NCBI GenBank assembly: GCA_964509985.1
Contig: CAZDZQ010000007.1
Location: 2,139 to 66,138, forward strand
Origin: an uncultured Candidatus Peribacteria bacterium
GTDB taxonomy: Bacteria; Patescibacteriota; Gracilibacteria; CAIRYL01
Direction: 5' to 3'
DNA: 64,000 nucleotides
The position numbers were made by a program, and so were the translations under genes. Below are positions 58,201 through 64,000 of the stretch, in pieces (positions within the stretch are counted from its first letter, which is position 1; every line of letters begins with the position of its first letter). The notes under the pieces are model-generated. The model worked only from the letters and a program-made list of their open reading frames with translations, was not told where the DNA came from and did no database searches.

Positions 58201-61034
58201 TCTAATGCATTAATAATACCATCTCCATCAATATCAGCTTGCCCTTCTATAGAATCAAGAAGTCCATCACCATCACTATCTAAATCTTGGAAATTTGGAA
58301 CACCATCTCCATCTAAATCATCTTTTCCTTCTACTGAATCTGGAATAAAATCTCCATCAGAATCTAAATCTCTCACATCTGGAGTTCCGTCATTATCAGT
58401 ATCTGCATTTCCTTCTACTGAATCTGGAATTGTATCTCCATCACTATCTTCATCTTTTACATTTGGTATATTATCTCCATCTGTATCTGTAATGGTTGAA
58501 GAATTTTCATCGGATTCATTAGCATTAATTACACCATCTCCATCAGCATCTTCTTTACCATCATTTACACCATTATTATCAGAATCTGTATCATATGGAT
58601 CTGTTCCAATTGCAAGCTCATCTGCATCATTTACACCATCAGCATCATCATCTGTATCAATAGAATTAATTAACCCATCTGAATCAACATCTCCAGTTGG
58701 TCCATCTGTATCATTCCTATCTATATTGTCTGGGATTCCATCACCATCTGTATCTAAAACTCCTTCAACAGCATCAAGTTTTCCATCTCCATCACTATCA
58801 GTATCTTTATAATTTGGAATACCATCATTGTCAGTATCTTCAGATCCTTCATCTTTATCTAAAATGCCATCTCCATCACTATCAGTATCTTTATAATTTG
58901 GAATACCATCATTATCAATATCTTCAGATCCTTCATCTTTATCTAAAATGCCATCTCCATCACTATCAGTATCTTTTGCATCAATAATTCCATCTTCATC
59001 GGTATCTGTTACAGCTTGAGATGTTTCATCAGATTCATCCCTATCTAAAATACCATCTCCATCTGTATCTTGAGTAGTATTATCAATAAGAGGATCAGAA
59101 CCTAATATTTTTTCATCTGCATCAGAAATTCCATCATTATCATCATCTGTATCTGTATTATTTGGAATTCCATCTTCATCAGCATCTCCAGTTGGACCAT
59201 CTTTATCATTATTATCAATATAATCTGGAATACCATCTCCATCTGAATCTCCAGCTTGTTCATCTTTATCCAAAACTCCATCATTATCAGAATCTGTATC
59301 TAAATAATTTGGAACACCATCTCCGTCTGTATCATCAGCACCTTCAATAGAATCTTCGATTCCATCACCATCATTGTCTAAATCTCTAAAGTTTGGCTTC
59401 CCATCTCCATCAATATCTTCCAAGCCTTCATTTTTATCCAAAATTCCATTTCCATCAGAATCTGTATCTAAAAAATTTGGTTTTCCATCTCCATCTAAGT
59501 CTTCAAATCCTTCATTTTTATCCAAAATACCGTCATTATCTGAATCTTCATCTAAATAATTTGGAATTCCATCATTATCAGAATCATCTAATCCTTCATT
59601 TTTATCTAAAATTCCATCATTATCAGAATCTTCATCTAAATAATTTGGATTAAAATCTTCATCTGTATCTGTTTGACCTTCATCTTTATCTAAAATACCA
59701 TCATTATCTGAATCTAAATCTAAATAATTTGGAATTCCATCACCATCTTTATCCGATCTTTGTTCTTTAACATCAGGAATACTATCCCCATCAGAGTCTG
59801 AATCTAAAGCATCTAGAATTCCATCTCCATCTGTATCTGTTTTTGTTAGAGAATTTTGATTTGACTCTTGCCCATTTGTAATTCCATCATTATCAGCATC
59901 TTCTGCTGCATCAGAAATTCCATTATTATCAGTATCAATCTCTGTTGGATCCAAACCAAGAAGAACTTCATCTTCATTATTTACTCCATCTCCATCCATA
60001 TCGGCATCTTTATCATCAGGAATTCCATCATTATCAATATCCCCGTTTGGATTTGGAGCAACCGTTGGAAATGGCGTCGGTGTTCCTACAACAGTAGGAA
60101 CTGGAGTTCTTGTAGCTTCTAAAGTTGATGTCGGAATTGGTGTAACTTCTTGCGTAGGCACAGGAGTTTCAATTGGTAATGTATTATCAATTGCATCTTC
60201 TTTTTCTGAAACAACAGTATCTATTACATTTCCAGACTCATCAATATTTGTAAGTTTTACATTAATTGTTGCTCCATCTTTCGCAGGAGTTTCAAAATTA
60301 CAAGACCATGTATCATCTTCACGCACAACAGTTGTACATGTTATATCTTCACCAGACACTATTTCAGAAGTAATTTCTATCTTATCCCCTCTTCTTCCAT
60401 GTCCATTAATAACTTTTCCACTAGAAGGAAGTTTTACATCTGTATAATATGATTTTGGATAATCCTCAAAAAAATTTGAGAAAAATTTAATATTTTGCCC
60501 ATCTTCTACTGTTTTAAAATAACAAGCCCACATATTTTCTGTACCAGGTGTTACATAAAATTCATATCGTGAATCCTCACTTACTTCAGCATCTGGAATC
60601 CAATCCCAATTAATTTGAGAATTACGCATCGCGTACCCAAAAACATCATTAATTTCTGCAACAATATCTTTATTTGTAAATTCTCCATTATTTTTTCTAT
60701 TCATTAAATCAACCAAACCAGGCATATTCACTTTTCCATAAAAAATTCCTTCATTCAATGAAAATGGTGCATTATTAACACAATCCTTTACAGCTTGTGA
60801 CATTTCTGGTCCATCGTATGGATTTATAGTTCCTGTTAAAAAATCAGCAGTTAAATTAGATTTTTTAATTTTAGAATTTTCAAGAAATTCAGCTAAATAA
60901 TCTTTTTCTTTCTCAAGATTTGGAGTATTCAATTGCTGAACTCCAAAAACTGCTCCACCCACTAGTGCAACAGAGAAAACTCCTAAATAAGTTCTTTTAA
61001 GTATTTTTTCCATATTTTTTTGTTTGATATTCAT
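52221..61034 (-). CDS. Giant (2,937 aa) Asp-rich Ca-binding surface protein: thrombospondin type-3-like repeat array, Ig-like modules and cadherin/Big_9-like C-terminus
   Basis: Signal/anchor [25 protein letters not shown], then a P/T linker. About 54300-60050 encodes DxDxDGxxDxxD repeats, punctuated seven times by DG(P/A)(T/D/A)GDxDxDG...DTDDDxDGxSDxDE...G(T/S) landmarks. Four D(T/S)G(V/S)S..DNITS(D/N)TTP Ig-like modules. C-terminal VDDTAET...[11 protein letters not shown]...GTDTFKY. Confidence 0.85.
   Translation of the reverse strand: [2937 protein letters not shown]
55096..55388 (-). repeat. Intragenic 293-bp near-identical duplicate, copy 1
   Basis: Differs from 55810-56102 at 7 positions by my manual alignment. 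The offset is 714 nt (in frame). Confidence 0.85.
55810..56102 (-). repeat. Intragenic 293-bp near-identical duplicate, copy 2
   Basis: See copy 1. Both encode ...[33 protein letters not shown](I/V)LDSVEGNGD(V/A)[51 protein letters not shown]. Confidence 0.85.
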
Positions 61035-61174
61035 ATGTATTTGGTTAGATATTTTTTTGATATCATATCATTGTACTAATATATGAAATAGAATTCAAGA
61101 GAATATTTTAACTTTCTCATTTAAACTTAATATTATACAATTTTTACATAATTATTATAAATTTATATTAAAAA

Positions 61175-63583
61175 ATGCTTCATTCTTTCAGCTTTTTCAG
61201 CAAAATTAAAAAAACAAATAAAAATTTTAAAATATCATTTATTTTTTTAATAATATTTTTACAGATAGCAGTAAGTATACTTAGTGAAAATACTTTTACT
61301 TATGCTTTTCATTCTTCAGAAAATAATAATAAGACATATTTAAATATTTCAGATACTACACAAGGAGCAAATCATATTTTTCAAATAACCCAAGATGAAA
61401 ATATAAATTTTGAATTATCAAACTCATATGATTCAGTTGCTGTAAAAATTAAAAATTCTGATAATATTTCTCCTATTATATTATTTTCAGAAAATTCTGG
61501 AAATTCATGGCATATGCTCAATTTTAATACAGATAGTAAAACTGATATTTCTGAAACAAATGAAGAAAGTTTTTTATATTCAGATTTATTATTTATAAAA
61601 AACACTTCTCAACATTTTATGTTTAAAACTAAATTTATCAATAAAAATAATTTAAATAAGAATGTAGAATTTATCTTTTTTAAAGATGATGTTTTAGAAA
61701 ACACAACTGCATCTCTTTATTCTCAAAATAATTCAGATATTCAAAATTTAGGATATACAAGAGACAATACTTTTTTTCGAGAAAACGGAATTATAAAAAG
61801 AGAAGAATGGGGTGCAAATGAAATATATAGATATATTGATCCAAATAAACCGATACCTACATATAAACCATCTCCAAATACAGCATTAAGTGCACGAGCA
61901 AAAGCGTGTAATGAAAGTTATTCACAAAATCCTAAAGATTTTATAAAATCAGAAGAAGTTTTTTCTGATGAAAATGGAAAATTAAAATGGCAATATCAAT
62001 ATTCTCCAGAAATAAAAAAAATAATTATTCATCACACAGGAACAAATAATTCAAAATATATTGGAAAAACACCAGAAGAAATTATGCGTGCAACATATAA
62101 ATTTCATTCATCAACAAAAGGATGGGGTGATATTGGATATAATTTCTTAATTTCAAAATCTGGAGCTATTTATGAAGGGCGAGCTGGTGGAGATTTTGTA
62201 ATAGGAGGGCATGCATATTGTGCAAATACGCAAACTATTGGAATTTCTTTAATGGGAAATTATGAAGATGAAACAATGAATAAAGCTCAAATGATTGCAC
62301 TAAAAAGACTTATTACCGGATTGTCAAAAAAATATCATATTAATCCATCAGATTCTTCATATTTTATTGGGAAAAATACTCCAAATCTTGTTGGACATAA
62401 AGATTATGGAAATACGCTTTGTCCTGGAAAAAATGTATATAAATACCTTCAAAATATTAGAGATACATTTATTGGAAAAAATTTTGGAGATATTCCAGCA
62501 TATTATAATCCGTATGGAATTCCTGAATATACAAATAATTTTGCAACACAACCACCTACCCCTACACCAATTTCAACCGTTTCTCTGCTTCAAATACCTG
62601 TTTTATCGGTTCAAGCAAGTTTAATTTCTAGACCTACTCTTGGAGATTTAAATAAAAATTTAAGTAATAATACAAATTATAAAAATAATAAAGTAACACA
62701 AACTCAAAAATCTCATATTTTACCACCAAAAGAAAATATCAGAATAAAACTTTCATATTCTTCTGATATGGTGCAAATAAAAGGAAATAATATGAATATA
62801 GAAATAAGCAATTTAACTGATACAAATATTACAAAGAAAAAACGAGTAATTATTACAACTCAAAAAAATAAAAATTCTCAAAAAACCGAGTTATTTATAA
62901 ATAATGTAGCTGTTAAAAAAATCAGAATTTCAAATGAAAATTATAAAACACCATTGAAAATCGCATCATGGGCAAGACCGCTTGCGTGGGCTCCCAAAAC
63001 ACATGATAATTTATTTTTAGGAACATTAGAATTTAGAATAATCGATAATAAATTAGTAATCATAAACGAATTACTTCTTGAAGATTATATTAAAGGAATT
63101 GCAGAAGTTTCAAATAATGCACCATTTGAAAAACAAAAGGTAATAGCTGTTATTTCACGAACATATGCTCAATTTTATATGGATAAAAATCATACAAAAT
63201 TTCCAAATATGCCATATGACGGAGATGATAATCCAGACCATTTTCAAAAATATAGAGGATACGGATATCAAAAAAGATCACCTCTATTTGAACAAGCTGT
63301 AAATTCAACTAAATCTGAAGTTGTAAGTTTTAATAATAAAATTGTCAAAACTCCATTTTTTTCTGAAAGTGCCGGAAAAACTTTTTCGGCAAAAGAAAAA
63401 TGGGGATGGACACACACACCATATTTACAAAGTGTAAATGATGTATTTTGTAAAAATGGAAAAGGAGAATTAAAAGGACATGGTGTTGGGCTTTCTGGAT
63501 GTGGTGCAGAAACTATGGCAAAACGAGGATTTTCGTACAAAGATATAATTAAATATTATTATAAAGATGTAGAAATTTATTAA
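61175..63583 (+). CDS. Fusion protein: N-acetylmuramoyl-L-alanine amidase (Amidase_2/PGRP) + SpoIID/LytB-type domain
   Basis: 802 aa. Signal/anchor FKISFIFLIIFLQIAVSIL. Amidase_2 blocks IIIHHTGTNN, GWGDIGYNFLISKSGAIYEGRAGG, GHAYCANTQTIGISLMGNY, GHKDYGNTLCPG. C-terminal LEDYIKGIAEVSNNAPFEKQKVIAVISRTYA...FFSESAGKTFSAKEKWGW..PYLQSV matches SpoIID. Confidence 0.75.
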   Translation: MLHSFSFFSKIKKTNKNFKISFIFLIIFLQIAVSILSENTFTYAFHSSENNNKTYLNISDTTQGANHIFQITQDENINFELSNSYDSVAVKIKNSDNISPIILFSENSGNSWHMLNFNTDSKTDISETNEESFLYSDLLFIKNTSQHFMFKTKFINKNNLNKNVEFIFFKDDVLENTTASLYSQNNSDIQNLGYTRDNTFFRENGIIKREEWGANEIYRYIDPNKPIPTYKPSPNTALSARAKACNESYSQNPKDFIKSEEVFSDENGKLKWQYQYSPEIKKIIIHHTGTNNSKYIGKTPEEIMRATYKFHSSTKGWGDIGYNFLISKSGAIYEGRAGGDFVIGGHAYCANTQTIGISLMGNYEDETMNKAQMIALKRLITGLSKKYHINPSDSSYFIGKNTPNLVGHKDYGNTLCPGKNVYKYLQNIRDTFIGKNFGDIPAYYNPYGIPEYTNNFATQPPTPTPISTVSLLQIPVLSVQASLISRPTLGDLNKNLSNNTNYKNNKVTQTQKSHILPPKENIRIKLSYSSDMVQIKGNNMNIEISNLTDTNITKKKRVIITTQKNKNSQKTELFINNVAVKKIRISNENYKTPLKIASWARPLAWAPKTHDNLFLGTLEFRIIDNKLVIINELLLEDYIKGIAEVSNNAPFEKQKVIAVISRTYAQFYMDKNHTKFPNMPYDGDDNPDHFQKYRGYGYQKRSPLFEQAVNSTKSEVVSFNNKIVKTPFFSESAGKTFSAKEKWGWTHTPYLQSVNDVFCKNGKGELKGHGVGLSGCGAETMAKRGFSYKDIIKYYYKDVEIY

Positions 63584-63661
63584 TTTTACTAATATAATAT
63601 AGTTATGATAAGTTAATAATAGAATTAATAAATATGATTAATAAAATTTAAATAAAAAAAT

Positions 63662-63994
63662 ATGAGTGTAATGGATATGTTTAATTCTGATTCTTGTAAT
63701 ATAAATGGAATGACAGGATCTACAAAATGGACATGGGATGAATATTTTAAAAATAAAGAAAAAATTGAAAAATCTGGAGGAAAAATTTATCTTTTAGATA
63801 TGATAAATCACCCAATAAAAGGCTCCACTCCCATTTCAAATGAAATTTTTGAAAATCAACCAGATGGAACATATTTTGTTTTATATTGTCACTCTGGAGG
63901 ATCTTCTGGATATGTTCAAAAACAATTAACTCCACAACTTCCACAGCATCATATAATTAATATGGCAGGTGGAATTGGAATGTACACAGGATAA
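63662..63994 (+). CDS. Rhodanese-like single-domain protein
   Basis: 110 aa. Active-site-like loop YCHSGGSSGYV (C-x-S-G-x-x-S) near the C-terminus, which is the typical rhodanese position. Confidence 0.55.
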   Translation: MSVMDMFNSDSCNINGMTGSTKWTWDEYFKNKEKIEKSGGKIYLLDMINHPIKGSTPISNEIFENQPDGTYFVLYCHSGGSSGYVQKQLTPQLPQHHIINMAGGIGMYTG

Positions 63995-64000
63995 AAAAAT

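Noticed and set aside
54300-60050. Highly periodic short repeats that could look like a CRISPR or tandem-repeat array
   Set aside because: The periodicity is in-frame codon-level repetition of DxDxDG units within one continuous ORF. There is no repeat-spacer alternation and no non-coding character.
52283-60122. Many 60-106-aa ORFs in other frames or strands inside the giant gene (e.g. 53791-54066, 54320-54595, 58492-58812, 59393-59653)
   Set aside because: They are low-complexity H/L/Y/Q- or S/P-rich translations produced by off-frame reading of GAT/GGA-rich repeats. All are fully nested in the 2,937-aa ORF.
1-64000. Alternative genetic code (TGA read as Gly, code 25, or Trp, code 4), as in Gracilibacteria/Absconditabacteria
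   Set aside because: Conserved genes (alaS, aspS, tuf, hsdR) and the Gly-rich 8.8-kb ORF are intact under the standard code with no internal TGA. A TGA stop overlaps the aroB ATG (ATGA at 25862-25865). Only three ORFs end in TGA, and each is followed shortly by another stop. The single odd case (10505-10507) is reported separately.

Overview
Visibly AT-rich, gene-dense window with about 45 protein genes. I found no rRNA, tRNA or CRISPR array. It reads like a reduced-genome Patescibacteria/CPR-type bacterium. Content: scattered translation genes (tuf, rpsJ, aspS, alaS, rsmG, an ABC-F ATPase); cell-envelope genes (murE-like, ftsQ-like, PBP5-type carboxypeptidase, L,D-transpeptidase, an amidase-SpoIID fusion, lspA, an O-antigen-ligase-like protein, two SLH-domain proteins); single genes from pathways otherwise absent here (trpE/pabB-like, aroB, panB, proB, porA, sufB); a VirB4-like ATPase and a T4SS-pilin-like gene; and one 2,937-aa Asp-rich thrombospondin-type-3-repeat surface protein. 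The code appears standard, with TAA the dominant stop. Two accessory regions stand out. (i) At 0.3-6.1 kb lie a MazF-like toxin, a DUF1016/YhcG nuclease, RhuM and a full-length type I hsdR, with no hsdM/hsdS. The rhuM cassette there is bracketed by a perfect 46-bp direct repeat that duplicates the hsdR start. (ii) At 46.1-51.3 kb, two tightly linked ~855-aa SF1/UvrD helicase-nuclease fusion genes sit between an orphan porA and lspA, near an IS30 transposase remnant. This pair is my best candidate for an undescribed, defence-like system. All domain calls come from motif recognition by eye; no searches were run.
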